A stretch of DNA of 62,237 bases, filler included, from Piptocephalis cylindrospora (lineage: Eukaryota): the NCBI GenBank assembly GCA_003614145.1. It is 10 parts of 10 records of this genome, joined end to end, with 100 filler letters (N's around TTAATTAATTAA, not from the genome) between each part and the next. Parts side by side here need not be neighbours in the genome. Positions count along the whole stretch, not along the records: positions 6,285 to 12,461 come from KZ988312.1; positions 12,562 to 18,734 come from KZ988313.1; positions 18,835 to 24,982 come from KZ988314.1; 7 more parts are not named here. One strand, 5' to 3'. Positions within the stretch are counted from its first letter, which is position 1. Every line of letters starts with the position of its first letter. The notes under the pieces are model-generated. The model worked only from the letters and a program-made list of their open reading frames with translations. It made no database searches and was not told where the DNA came from. The translations under genes were made by a program, and so were the position numbers. Below, piece by piece: positions 10,900-24,035 of the stretch.

Positions 10900-11712
10900 G
10901 GTATCAAGCACTATGTCGTGTTGTGTCGCGTTGTGTGCTGGTAGGGATGGCCTGGTGTCTTGGAACGAGGTGGTAGGTATAGTCTATAGACAAATCGACA
11001 GGGTTTCGGGAGGGGATCAAAGGCAGACCGGCAGCAAGAAGCCTTGGAGAAATGGTCCTGTCTACTACATATCTATACTAAAAGGTTGTCTATGACCCCC
11101 GCCAACAACAGCTTCAGACTCTCATACACTTTGAGGGCTGGATTGGCGCCAGTAAAAAAAGAAAAATCCGTTCCCTCCTTATTTCTTTCACCAATTGTTG
11201 GTGTTGCCCACACATACACATATACATAGTGGTAAAGCAGCGAAATGTCACACACATATACATACACGCTCAGTTAAGGCGCGTCCAGCAAAATACTCCA
11301 AACTTACCCTAAATTTGTCTTTACAGTTAGGCAGACTGGCCTGTCATACCCCGCACGAAACATCGTACTTTCTCTCTACAAAAACTGCTCAAATTCACAC
11401 TCAAAAATGCACATTCCTTTTTCCCTGCGGGTTTCTATTGCGTTTTTTCATATCCCTCCTTCTCTAGCCTGTCTAACTGAGCGACTCACACCTTTAGAGT
11501 CCTCTAGTCGTTTTCCACATACTCATTCTCATCCACACGCCACCACTATACCATTACCAACCACCTAGGGGATCTCTCTTCACCAACCAGGCCTCACACA
11601 CCCTCTTTTTCAACCACCATCCTTGCTCCGCCGTCTTGCATTCCCTGCCCCCACCCTCCTCTTCCTGCCTCCCTTTCCCGCCACTCCTTCTATCCCCCAG
11701 TCCTTTCCTAGC

Positions 11713-12375
11713 ATGGCTTCTTCACAATTCCAGTGCCGCATGTACGAGGAACGCTTCCCCGAGGTCGATGATCTCGTCATGGTAAACGTCCGGCAGATCG
11801 CCGAAATGGGCGCGTACGTCCGACTTCTCGAGTACGACGGGATCGAGGGTATGATCCTTCTGTCCGAGCTGTCTCGTCGTCGGATCCGCTCCATCCAAAA
11901 GCTGATCCGCGTTGGAAGGAATGAGGTTGTGGTAGTTCTGCGTGTCGACAAGGAAAAGGGCTACATTGATCTGAGTAAGCGACGGGTCGCCCCAGAGGAC
12001 GTGGCCAAATGTGAGGAAAAGTTCCAAAAGTCCAAGGCCGTCCACAGCATCATGCGTCACGTTGCCGAGAAGCAGGACTTGAATCTGGATGAACTTCAAC
12101 GTACTATCACCTGGCCCCTGTACAAAAAGTTTGGCCATGCCTACGAGGCCTTTAAGCTCGCCATCACCGACCCTACTCCCATCTTTGAGGGGATCGAAAT
12201 GACCGACGCTGTGCGCGATGAGCTCGTCTCCAATATCCGCCGTCGTCTCACTCCCCAGGCTGTCAAAATCCGTGCAGATGTCGAGGTCACCTGTTTTGGC
12301 TACGAAGGCATTAATGCTATCCAGAAGGCCCTTCGGGCCGGTGAAGCCATCTCGAATGAAGACGTCTCCATCAAG
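11713..12375 (+). CDS. SUI2: Translation initiation factor eIF2-alpha, first exon; 3' end lost at contig end
   Basis: [32 protein letters not shown] (Ser51 site), [17 protein letters not shown]; donor gtaag at 12376. Confidence 0.98.
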
Positions 12376-12406
12376 GTAAGAACGAAGCTTTTTCCCCCTC
12401 TCTCCC

Positions 12407-12452
<46 letters not shown>

Positions 12453-13168
12453 CCCCCCCCCNNNNNNNNNNNNNNNNNNNNNNNNNNNNNNNNNNNNNNN
12501 NNNNNTTAATTAATTAANNNNNNNNNNNNNNNNNNNNNNNNNNNNNNNNNNNNNNNNNNNNGGAGTGTTTGAGGATTCAAAGGAAGGTTTGATTAAGAGA
12601 AGAGCAAGAACAAGGATGACAGTACCGACAAAGAAATAGGATGAAGTAGTGAGGAGAGAGGGGAGACGTAGTTGCATGGACTATGGGGGGAGCGATGAGG
12701 TTGGAGGAGGGCAAGGCAAAACGAGTGAATGGGAAGGAGTATTTATATTCCAGCGGGCATTTATCGGAGGGATTTCCATAGTCACTCTGCATTTACTGTC
12801 TCGGGAATTTCCCATACTAGAGAAATGGACAACGGGTGGGTGTGACACACAATGTGCTTATTAAGATCTCAGGGCCTACCGTTCTTGGATGAGTCACCCT
12901 GCGCCAAGGGACAGCGATTGGTGAATGGATATTGAATATGTGAAAAGGTGACAAATAATTGAGACTCACCACACGCTTATTTGTGTGGGCATCGGATATG
13001 GGTGTCGTCATTAGATCTAGTGTACCCCCCCTATGTCATACTGTCTATCCCTATCCAAGACGGTAAGTGCATCCAGGATGTATACATGCATTGCCTCCTC
13101 CATCCATCTACCTTCTGATTAAAATCAACTTTCCCACCCTCACCCATAACCACTAGCCACACTAGCTC

Positions 13169-13687
13169 CTAGGCCTTAGTGGAGGGATTGGCCTTGCCAC
13201 CCGGACTACCCCAGGTGGAGACACGTCTCCAAATACCAGGACCGTGCTCGGACCCAGGCTTGCTTGGTTTGTCAGGATCATCCGAGGAGGTGGGAGGATG
13301 ATGTTGGATATCAGCGGCGATGGAGCCCTCGGGAGCACTGGCAGCGACAGAGACATCGGACTTGCTGGTCTTGGCGGAGGCGGAGGCGGAGGAAGAATTT
13401 GGATCTTTGGAACCACGAATCATGTTCCACATGCTGGACCTCCATCCCTCATTTCCCTTCTTCTGCGACGCCTCCTCCCGTCTCTTGGCCTCCTCGGCCC
13501 TTCGTTCCCGCTCATCCTTCTCTCTCTGAATATCCTGGCTAATGTCCTCCACGGTGGCTCCCTCCTTGAGCTGCTGGCGGTATTGATCGAATTTGCTGAT
13601 GAGGTCATCAAAAGATTCCATCTTTCGAACACCGTTTTGGTCCTTTCCTTCCGGAGAGGTGGGAGGGGAAAGCAAGGTCTGGGTCAT
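13169..13687 (-). CDS. Hypothetical low-complexity/coiled-coil protein
   Basis: 172-aa ATG-initiated ORF with a charged helix and a C/T-rich leader typical of genes in this window; no family recognised. Confidence 0.5.
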   Translation of the reverse strand: MTQTLLSPPTSPEGKDQNGVRKMESFDDLISKFDQYRQQLKEGATVEDISQDIQREKDERERRAEEAKRREEASQKKGNEGWRSSMWNMIRGSKDPNSSSASASAKTSKSDVSVAASAPEGSIAADIQHHPPTSSDDPDKPSKPGSEHGPGIWRRVSTWGSPGGKANPSTKA

Positions 13688-14853
13688 TGGTACGATTGGT
13701 GGTGGTGGTGGTGGTGGGAAGGGTGCAAGAAGTGGCTAAAGAGCAATTATAAATGGAAATGGATGGAGGGTGTAGAGAAGAAGACAGACGGGGAAAAAAG
13801 GTAGATGCAGGATCGGGGCTAGGCAAAGATGAGATATGGGATGGGATGGAATGGGATGAGATGGAATGTGAAAGAAAGAGAGAGAAGGAGTGAGGGATGG
13901 AGGTAGGAGGAGGTGAGGTGTTGTTAAGGTGTTGTCATTCCGCCCATTCAACTCCGAATACACTCCGCCCTTCATATGTGTGATATCCTGACCCCCCGCC
14001 CCCTGATGCAAGGAGGGAGAGGTTAGCATGGATGATCCAGGGCAATGGGCAAATCGGCAGTCTCTCCTCTATCCCTTGCCAGGGTGGTTTGGACCAATGA
14101 GTCCATGGCTCCAAGGAGCTTCTCCAGGATGGAAGGAGAGGGTGTGGGGGAACCCCGGTCAAGACAAGATGACACATGAGGAAGTGCATACACTCTTTCG
14201 TGGGGTCCCGGACCATAGTGGGAGCAGGGACGAACGACAAGCTCGAGACAAGGATGCATGATATGAAGGATCTCAGGAGAGAAAATGTACGTGTACGGAC
14301 AATAGCACGGGGCATCTCCCAAGAGAGAGGGAGTGTGTAAGAAAGACGACTCGGGGCGCCCCATCCTAGGGGGACCTCTCATGCGACAGACAGGACCCTC
14401 CATGTCCCTGCCTCGATGACTCCCTAGGACGAGACACCTCATTCAAGTGCATGGCCCTTGCTTAATAGGCGCTTCCCTTGATAAAGGCACGTCCTAAGCT
14501 AGGGGTATGCGCTTCTGTAACACCATAGTAGATGGACTTCCACTATGATCCGACCTTACATCAAGAATACAAGTCCCGGAAAGAGAGATGAAAAAGAAAA
14601 GGACACATGACCTAGTGGATGAAGGAAATGTCGTTTCATCCAGCTTATCCCATGTCGATCTGCAAGGATTGGGAATTCGATGGAATGAACGGCCATGATA
14701 CACAGGATTGCTCCTTGCCACACTGACGTCTCTCTTCCTTCATTGATCCTATGTCTTCTTAGCGCGGACCACAGGCCCTTAGCACCCCTCATACCTCTCT
14801 GCAATTCACCCCATGGGCCCCGTACACACTAAAAGATAATCCATGGGCCACAC

Positions 14854-16067
14854 TTAGGCTGCTCGCTTCACCCCCGACTTGGACCCTGGCGCCTCGAGCC
14901 CCAGATCCTGCTCCACCATCCTTCTAGCCTCCTTCCAGCATCGATCATACCATGCACGATGCTCTTGGGCCAAGGGCTCATCCCACTTGTCCAAGAGCAA
15001 GACAGGCTGCTCCAGGTGACCGAGAAGAGTGTTCATCCGGACCTTGAGCTCCTTGACCCCAGCATCCTCCTCCTTCTCCTCTTCTGACTCATCCCCATCC
15101 TCTTCACCCTCCCCCCAGAATACCCCGGCAACTTCATCTACAGTCTGACTGATCCCTTCGGCCAAGTCCACCCACCCATCCAGCCATGCTCCATCTCTCC
15201 CCTTGCCTTGGACGAGAGGAAGGGTCTTGGACGTGGCTTTTCGCAGGATCAGTCCAGAAAGTCGGATGACCGGGAGGATTTGGATGAGGGCAGTGCGAAG
15301 CTCTTTGGATAGGGTGGGGACATCCTCTCCGAAAAAATCATCCTCCTCCTCCTCCTCCTCCTCCTCTTTCCCCTCCTGTTCATCATTGGCATTATCTAAC
15401 ATGTCGTTCAGTTCACTACGAGCATCCTCCACCAGCTCCAGCATGGCTTGAACTCTCTCAATCACCCCTTGCTTGGGGATAGAGGGGAGGGAGGAGAGAG
15501 CATCGCATGCACTCTTCACTTGGCCCACCAATTGTGGTAGAGTCATACCATTTGCAGAGGTGGTGGTGGTGGTAGTAGTGAGGGTCGAGGGAAGGGACTG
15601 AGCAAAGGTACCAATAGCATCGGTCATCCCAGTAACGACCACTCGTATCCTACGGACCAGGAAAAGCCCCACCACCTCTGGATCCACTAGACTGGGAATA
15701 TTCTGAAGTTTCTCTACATGCTCCCTCAGGGCCACCAGCAAAGGCTCCGTTGGAGCCGGGGTCTCTGGCTGAGTGGAGAGTGCCAAGGCAATTTTGGCCA
15801 CATGATGGACAATCACCTCCTTCAGATTTCCTAGGAGAGTCGGGTGAGTAATCATTTCCTGGGGCAAAAGGATCAGAAAGACTTACGTGCTAATTGCAGC
15901 ATATCCTCCAAGGGATATGCGGTTTCAGCGGAGGGGGGGGCCACGACAATGACCGATGAAGGTACGGGAATCTCCTCTGTGGAGGTTTCCTCCCGGACAG
16001 GAAGAGGAACATCAGCTTTACATTGTTGCTGCAATGCAGCGCACGCTTCCTTCCATGTCTTGGACAT
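14854..16067 (-). CDS. GCIP/CCNDBP1-like helical protein, 2 exons
   Basis: Intron 15831-15886 joins MSKTWKEAC..LQLA in frame to RNLKEVIVHHVAKIALAL; later VEDARSELNDM followed by an acidic EDDFFG segment, as in the Grap2/cyclin-D-interacting family. The gene is well supported; the family is tentative. Confidence 0.55.
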
Positions 16068-17163
16068 GCTAGGCAAAGACGGTATGTGATGCGAATGGGA
16101 TGGGAGGGAGAGGAAGGAAAAGCGCCGAGTCGGGATAGGCAAGGCGATTTTGTTTTTTTATCACTCACTTTTCCTACTTTAAATGTGGTGAGACGTGCGG
16201 GCTGTGAGATGAGGGGGATACGACACTAAGTATGTGGGGCTGAACAAGTATCATGAGACGGGCTATTAAAATATCATACCCTTATACCATGACAAGGCGG
16301 AGAGGCAAGTGCTAGGTAGGTTCCAAAGCCATATCAAGGCCCAATGCATTTACTGATCAAGAGAGGAAAGCGGATGTGAATGATCATACCACCACCATCT
16401 TAAAGCATACTCATTCCCCATCGCACCAGCCCTCTTCCATAGAAGATAGGGGGCAGAGCACAAATACCTTTAAAGAGGAGACTCCCATATCTTTGCTCTC
16501 GTCCACCTGCCATATACCCCCATTGTTTATCCATGCCCCGCGCTCTTGCTCACCCATCTGTCAATACACGTCCTCTCACCCATCCATCCCCGTCTGTCGA
16601 TATACACATCCTCTTCACCCGTTGATCACTCTTGCTGCATGACCCTCGATGAACGGCCCTCTCATCCACACATCCAGCAATGGATTTATTGGGTGAGCGA
16701 GTAGTGTGCATAGCAGCAGGAACTTAACCATAGCTACAATGTCAGTAGCCCCGCTATACTCACTACTACCTCGTCTCTCCCATCACTACACACCGTGTGC
16801 GATCCCCACACTGCCTCTCCTGGTGAGAGAGAAGGCTGTGACGAATAGGAAGGAGGCGAGCAAGGACACTCTCATCTCCCCAGCAGGAGATCTTCATCCC
16901 ATATCGTACACAAACTGTGTCCATTGCACTAGACCAGATGAACTACGGGCTATAATGGATGGCTGGCTCCTCGAGAGTTCAATATAAGTGTCTCTGACCT
17001 TGAACCTGGAATTCTGTAGGAGAGGCTCCCCCTCCTCTCATCCCATATCTCATCTCATCTCATCCCATCCCTCTTCTCTCCTCCTTCAGCCCATCCCTAC
17101 TTTTTCGTCCTCTCAATACTCTGTTCTCTCCTTACCCCCATACCTCCTCCTAGTCCCTCCCAG

Positions 17164-17991
17164 ATGCGTCTTGTTCCGCCAGAAAACTCCAGGCTATGGA
17201 CCATGGGAACCCGTCTGGTCGTCACAACCGTAGGCTTGTCCTGCAAGGCCTTCCTTCACTTCCTCACCCGAAAGGTCACCCTGAGAAACAGGGAAGCCTT
17301 CCTGGACACCCTGTATGACCCAGAAAGGAAACGACCCATTATTACCGTGGCCAACCACGCCTCTACCTTTGACGACCCACTTTTGTGGTCCGTGCTTCCG
17401 GCCCGGATGTGGTGGCAGCCTCAGTACTTTCGATGGGCCTTGGGGGCCAAGGAGATCGTCCACATCAACACCTTCTTTGAATACTTCTTCACCCTGGGCC
17501 AGACCATGCCCATTGTCCGAGGCAATGGAATCTACCAGCCCGTCATGGACTTTGCCCTCCGGATCCTCAACAAGGGAGCATGGCTTCATGTCTTCCCCGA
17601 GGGCAAGGTCAACCAGGGCATTGATCTGCCCAGGCTCAAATGGGGAGTCGGGAGGCTTATCCTGGAATCCACCCTTGACCCCATCATCATCCCCATATGG
17701 CATCATGGGATGGAGGACATCATGCCCCTGGACCAGCCTCAGCCTCTACCCCATCTCTGGAAGGATCTTACGGTCGTCTTTGGCGATCCGCTGGACGTGT
17801 CCGACCTGGTCCAGGCCTACCGAAAAGGGATCCTCTCGGACTCAGAGGCCCGTATTGCCATCTCCTCCCGCATCCACACTGAGATGGGTGTGTTGAAGAA
17901 GCAGGCCTTACAGATCCATCCTGGAATTCCCAAGGTGTCAGATGATACCAAGTTCAAGAAGGTGGAGTCCATGGAGCAAGTAGAGGGATAG
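17164..17991 (+). CDS. TAZ1: Tafazzin (cardiolipin transacylase)
   Basis: TVANHASTFDDPLLW (HX4D), RWALGAKEI, RGNGIYQPVMD, WLHVFPEGKV, LKWGVGRLILE. Confidence 0.96.
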   Translation: MRLVPPENSRLWTMGTRLVVTTVGLSCKAFLHFLTRKVTLRNREAFLDTLYDPERKRPIITVANHASTFDDPLLWSVLPARMWWQPQYFRWALGAKEIVHINTFFEYFFTLGQTMPIVRGNGIYQPVMDFALRILNKGAWLHVFPEGKVNQGIDLPRLKWGVGRLILESTLDPIIIPIWHHGMEDIMPLDQPQPLPHLWKDLTVVFGDPLDVSDLVQAYRKGILSDSEARIAISSRIHTEMGVLKKQALQIHPGIPKVSDDTKFKKVESMEQVEG

Positions 17992-18122
17992 GATGGGGGA
18001 GAATGAATTGGATTTCCTGCATCATGACCAGGGAGACGGTGCATCCATCCCCACACACCTTGGATCGTACAGAGGTGAAATAGAGATAAAACATATATAA
18101 AAAATAATGTCTTTCCTCCCAT

Positions 18123-18556
18123 CTACGCTGCCTTTAACCTAGACCCCTTTCCACTGAGCCCAGGACCCACATCGCCCCTCCCTTGAAGCGGAGGATACTG
18201 GAAGCGTAGGATCCAGAGAGCGCCTTCGACAAAGACATATCTCTGAATGAACGTGAAGGCCAGGCCAAAGCCATACATAATCAGCCTGTACCATCCGGCC
18301 GTGGATATCAGGGTTCCTGGAGGAGGAGAGAGCATATAATTCAGATTACGTCCCGTGATCAAAGCCAGAGGGGCCAGTACCCCTGAGTGATAGAAGGACA
18401 GGGCGAGAAATCCGGCGATGGCTCCCTCCCAAGTGGGTCTCCATACGATGAACCTTCCTTGGATGGTGAGATAAAGAGGAAAGAGAAGGAGGGCGTAATG
18501 CTCTTTGAAAGATAGAGGAAAGAGGTTGAGTCCACACAGGCCTCATATCTAGAGAA

Positions 18557-18587
<31 letters not shown>

Positions 18588-18734
18588 CATACCAAAATAA
18601 AAATTTTCTACCTCGAGAAAGGCCGAGTAATCCCTTAGATCCGGGACTAAGAGGGCCAAAAGGGTTCCCCAAGTCACTTGGAGATAGAGGTTAAATATGA
18701 CATGGGTCAATCGGTCCTCCCGGGGAAGGATCAA
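18123..18734 (-). CDS. TMEM164: TMEM164-family multipass membrane protein, 3' part
   Basis: Spliced WGTLLALLVPD..FLEVENFYF-EHYALLLFPLYL..FYHSGVLAPLALITGRNLNYMLSPP..WYR matches recalled TMEM164 motifs (GALLALLFP, YYIQH, NLNNMLCP..YR). Confidence 0.78.
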
Positions 18735-18834
18735 NNNNNNNNNNNNNNNNNNNNNNNNNNNNNNNNNNNNNNNNNNNNTTAATTAATTAANNNNNNNNNN
18801 NNNNNNNNNNNNNNNNNNNNNNNNNNNNNNNNNN

Positions 18835-21539
18835 ATTTGGATGCTGCAGCAGGAGATCCTGTAACCATTGAACGGATCAACCAGGCCTTCCCCAAGATAG
18901 CGTCCAAATGCCAGCTTGGGGACTGGATTCTTCATCAGATTCATCTTAAGAGTCAATCTCGTATCTACATGTGAGTGAAGATAGGGTGTTACTACAGATT
19001 GTCCATCTCACAGAAAACTAACCTACCTTTATTGTTTCTAGGATTCGGCAAGCTCGTCAGAAAATCAACAAATACTTGGAAGAAAAGCCAGTGTACCACC
19101 TGTGTTGTAATTCCAGTCTGAGAACCATGACCGGCTGTATGGAGAGTGCTCTTAAATTTTTGGACTCGTTGAGCGATATCGACATATCAATTCGTCTTCG
19201 TGTCCTTGAGGTCATGGATATGATCGGGTACAACGGCCCCACTAAAGACGAGGAGGAAGAGCTCCATATGTTGGCTCATCTTAATGAAGAAAAAGCTCAA
19301 CTGTCCGCAAAATGCGCCTCCTTTATCCTTTATCCCGGTAAAGTAAGGTTTTTAGTGTCATCCTTTCTAGTCCAGTAGTTCCTGAGGGGTAACAGGGGAT
19401 TACTCAGCCTTGTCCATGTTCCTTCTGAGCCTTTAGGAAAAAAATGCTGCGATGGAAAAGAACATCCATGACTGGTTTGACCGTTGGACCGAATGGAAAG
19501 CCAAGGTGCTGAAGACAATCCCTGACCTATCCACACGCCGTATGTCCAGATTTTTGGTTGAAGCGCAAAACAAGAGTGATACCAAGGACGCTGAGAAATT
19601 TTCCCAGGAGACTGAGATTCTCCAGGGGGAATACAAGAAGCACAGGGGCACAGTGGTTGGGGAGAGATACGAAAAGGCCTTTTCTGGGGATGTGCCCTCG
19701 ATGCTGTGGCTGGGGGAGGCGTACATGGATGGGGATCAGGGGCTGGAGGAAAACCGATATCTTTACTGCCTCTGGTTCCTTCGTGCAGCCATCCAGAATG
19801 ACCCAAAAGCCCTCACCTACTACGGAATTGCCAGTAAGTGGGAGGATAACTCGAGGTACACTCCCGCCCTTCAGTACGAATTTTTGGGTAAAGCTTACTC
19901 CTTAGGCTTTCTCCCAGCCAAAGCCAAGTACGCTCACAGTCTTTGGAGAGGATATGGGTGCGACATGGATAAGAAAAAGGCAGAGATGATTTTCCAAGAC
20001 GCTATCGATGCTGGTTCCATCCTTGGTTATTATGGCCTGATGATTTTTAATTATAGTCGCAACAACCGGAAAAATATGATGCTTTACGGGGAAACCTGTC
20101 TGGAAGCTGGCTATTTCAGATGCTACGACGACCTGATCAGTTTACTTCTTGAGTACGATACAAGCGATGAGGAGGAACGGCAATCCGATTATGCCAAGGC
20201 CTACGAATACTGTATGACTCTAAAAGATCACCCGGACCTTCATCATTTACCTAAAAGGACCAAATGGGCCATGGAGTCGCTTTATGAGGAAAAGGATTAT
20301 CAGAGTCTTGAGCCCAACCTTCGCTATTACCTAGGCTGCATATACTACTGGGGTCTTGGGGTCCCTCAAGACCGGGAGGAGGCCGTAAAACAGTGGGAAA
20401 TGGTAGAGATGGGAGAGCATATCCGGATCCAAGAATCCCTAGCCTACTGCTACATTATCGGGGAAGGCAAGGAACAAGATGTGAAGCGGGGAATGAAACT
20501 TTTGCTTGAGGCCGATAGCTTCACCAATCAAGGAGGCATTGCACTGGTCTTCCTCCATAGCCGCACTGTCCACACGGAGAGAGATGGCGTTGCAGCGCTG
20601 GGGAAATCCAATGCTTCCCGGGGAAGCGGCTACGGAAGGGCTGCATTCTTGGAGGGACGTCTCTACGAGGAGGGCTTGGGGGTGGAGCAGAGTTGGGCGC
20701 AGGCTGTGGAAACCTATGAGTTGTTTGAAGAGAGGAGCGACATGTGTCGGGTGGCTCTAGCACGTCTTCGTCTTGTAGGATATGGATGCAAGAAGGATGT
20801 AAAGTGGGCCGTCAAGGTATTCCAGGATTGTTCAGTTTCTGGGATCCCCAGCGGACGGCAAACCCTGGCCACCTTTTTCTGGTACAAGTGGTGGTGCGAC
20901 GATATGATGGGAAATCTCGAGGCCCAAGTATCCCTTGGAATGTGCATGATCAAGGGTGAAGGGATAAGGAAGGATGTGGATGCAGGGCTGGAGCTGTGGA
21001 AAGGGGCTTCAGCACGGGGCTCAGGAGAAGCCCATCTCTGCTTGTACGAAGCATACTCCCAGGGTGAATGGGTTGCAATGGACCTCGCCAAGGCCAAGGA
21101 ACATCTTGAGGGAGCAGCAAATCTGGAGGAGCCGACAGGGATGTGTCTGTATGCGGAGGAGCTGCTAGATCGGGGCCGGGGTGAAGATCTAGCCAAGTCT
21201 ATCAATCTACTCGAAAAATCACTACGGTACAATTGCCGTCAGGCTCGACGAATCTACATACATGCCTTAGTGAAGCGTGGTCAAGAGGGCGATAAGGGAA
21301 TGATACTCTCCCTTCTGCGAGACTGGGTTGAATTACGGGACGGTGAGGCTATGTATGAACTGGCGCGTCATGTGGACGATCCCAAGGAAGCCCTAGGCCT
21401 ACTTCATCGAGCCCTAGCTATGGGGATGGATAAGGCTCTTCCCAAGCTTGCCGAGGCTTACGAAAAGGGGCTTGGGACCGAGGTGGATCAGGAGCAAGCC
21501 AGACTTTATCGTGTGCGCTGGTCTCGTCTGAGCTGTTGA
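18835..21539 (+). CDS. Sel1-like repeat protein; 5' partial, at least 3 exons
   Basis: Many SLR units (YYLGCIYYWGLGVPQDREEA, GRLYEEGLGVEQSWAQA, LAEAYEKGLGTEVDQEQA); upstream exons at about 18835-18971 and 19042-19337. Confidence 0.9.
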
Positions 21540-23034
21540 CGCCGTCGCATGCTAGAAGTACGAGCGAGTAGCGTTTAGGATGATGATTAGGATGTGTGTC
21601 CGAATAAATGGATGATTAATCGATATAGGGACTACGAGCTTAGGAGCTAGAATGGGACCACAGGGCAGGAAGAAGGCTTTGTTTGGTAATCTTGACGCGT
21701 GGCTCACTCCAGATTGCCAGCCATTGCATAGGGATTGAGGATGATACAGGAGCGACAGATAGCATGTTAAGTGTTGTTAGTGTTAGCCATCTATGAGTGC
21801 ATTATCGAGTAAATGCTCTCCAGACCCAACAGACACTTCCTTGCAGTCTGTGAGGGCAATTGGCGTCTGCACATCAGAAGAGCAAACTCTCCCAGAGGAT
21901 ATGAGTGTGAGTTGTGTGCTTACTAGGAAGCACCAGCTACTTTAGAATGCGTGTACACGATATGATTTGAACCAGGAGCGCTTTAATCACAGGACGCATG
22001 CTGAGTAGGCTTATCCTAGAGATGCACCAACTAGGGAATAATCTGGGAAAGTATTCAAGGTGACGAAGCAAGGGAGAACACTCCCATTCTGGGGCCCGTC
22101 CTTCCGTTTCTCTCTTGCTTTTTTCCTCTTTGGTCCTCCCTTGGTTCGCGTTTCTGTTTGATCCTTGATTCACTTGGCTGAATCCTTTAGGTCGTCACAT
22201 GTACAATAAATGACAAAATCAATGCCATATTTGAGAAATTGGATGTGTAATTATGAAGGTACCAGAGGCTTAATGCCTTATGAATGCAAGAAGAGGGTAA
22301 TAGAGGAGCGATTTTTAGTTTTTTTTAGATCCTGGCATGTATCTTTAGGTTAGCCAGAGGTAGGGCGCCCCCAGATATTAATCAGGGAAACATAGTATAG
22401 ATGGAGGAACACAATGTTAAAGCGACCCTCTAGAAAAGTGTCCTATTGAACCAGGGTAAGCGAGCTTTGGATGGAAACCAAGCTAAAGGGTTAGGGCTAG
22501 AACGAATGAGAGCATAGTTCCATTATTGATATTAACATTGGGTGTCAGGCATGCCGAACCTGTTGTAAGCGACAATGAATTCACCATTGATCTGCTCCCT
22601 CACACATATTGTCCTTGGTGATTAATGATCCTACCGTGTAAGGCTTGAGAAAGAGGAGGGACTTTTCTCATTGCATTGATAATAATACAATGCTCATATC
22701 ACGTTTTTGTCCTCAGTATCATGTGTAAAGCCTGCCCTATACTTTCTAAGCATTCAAATTTACCCCTTTTCACATTAATTTGAATTTCCACTGGAACGAA
22801 AGAGTGCACAAAGTTCCTTCTCTGTATCCAGTGTCTCGGGTGCGCGCCACTCCATTAGACAACATCAAACTTTGGGTTGCACTTTCTCAACGAGGCAGTA
22901 CATTTTTCAAAAAAAAAAAGGGTGGTGGGTTTGTTGGTAGGGAAGACACGGGAGATGTGATGGCGGGTCTTGGTAAAGACCGCGTTACTCTTCCTCTTCT
23001 ACACCCCCATTCTCCACCTCTTTCATTCCCCCTC

Positions 23035-23750
23035 ATGCTACCAACGTACCGGCTAGGTAGGTTACTGATTCTCGGTTCGTACAAGGATTCATGCCTGAGG
23101 ATGCCCTTACTAACGCTTTTCCTTTCCCCGGGCTTGTAGGCCAGGCGTCATTCGCGTCACTCGCACGGGTCCAGAGGGCCTTGGGGAATCTGACGCTCAG
23201 GGGATCGCTGCATACCTCGTCAGTTCTCGGAAAGGATTCCCCCTCCAAGGAAAATACGCCTGCTATGAAGGAACCAGACCTCGGGGCTTCCCCCCTTTTT
23301 GACCTCACCCGGCCAACCAAGAAGGATATCCCGGTCAAGGAGTCTGATAAGGATGCCAGCGTGGGCTTGCGCGATGACTCCTCCAAAGCTTCTGAAAAAG
23401 GATCCAAGAAAGATACTAAGGTGCGTGGTTATTTTGAACGCTATGTCCTTTTTCTCCTGCTTATCCCTTCTTTCCGGTGTGCAGGTAACCGCCAAGACGG
23501 AGGATTTCCCGTACAGCCATCAAAAACTTCGGTTCATGGCTTCACAAGTGGCGCAGACCAAGGTATCGGATGCTTTAAAACAGCTCGAACACCATCCGAG
23601 GAAGAAGGCGGCTAGATACGTCTTTTCCGCTCTCCTTCATGCGCAACGTGAGGCATCCCGGCATCATGGCATCAAGAATGACGAAGCCTACATCGGTAAG
23701 TTGGTGGCAGGACATGGGGATGCGTCCCTAATCGGATTATCCTCACACAC

Positions 23751-23787
<37 letters not shown>

Positions 23788-24035
23788 CCCCAGCCCGGGG
23801 GGGTGAGGGGACAAGGCAAGCACAAGAACAGCACCGCACGAGGGCGCGGGGGGCTGCGTGAGGTCGACCGAGTTCGCACATGAAGGTCATCATCGGTCGG
23901 GCCCCCACGGCCGAGGATGCTAATGCTGGTATTGCCCGTCGCAGGAATATCAATGGGTGGCCCGAGAAGAAGCGGGTTTGGACGGCCTTGGTGGACAAGC
24001 CCATCTATAACCCCAAGCCCTATTACAACTGGTAA
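23035..24035 (+). CDS. MRPL22: Mitochondrial ribosomal protein uL22m, 4 exons; sequence unreliable after the poly-C tract
   Basis: SHQKLRFMASQVA..VSDALKQLEHHPRKKAA..AYI, then SHMKVII..LVDKPIYNPKPYYNW*; presequence-like N-terminus. Confidence 0.85.

Noticed and set aside
12409..12461. Long poly-C/poly-G tracts (also 23752-23786 and 37385-37413) giving poly-Pro/Gly ORFs or G-quadruplex signals
   Set aside because: They are intronic or intergenic, lie at contig ends or next to corrupted sequence (MRPL22 exon 4), and their lengths are unreliable.
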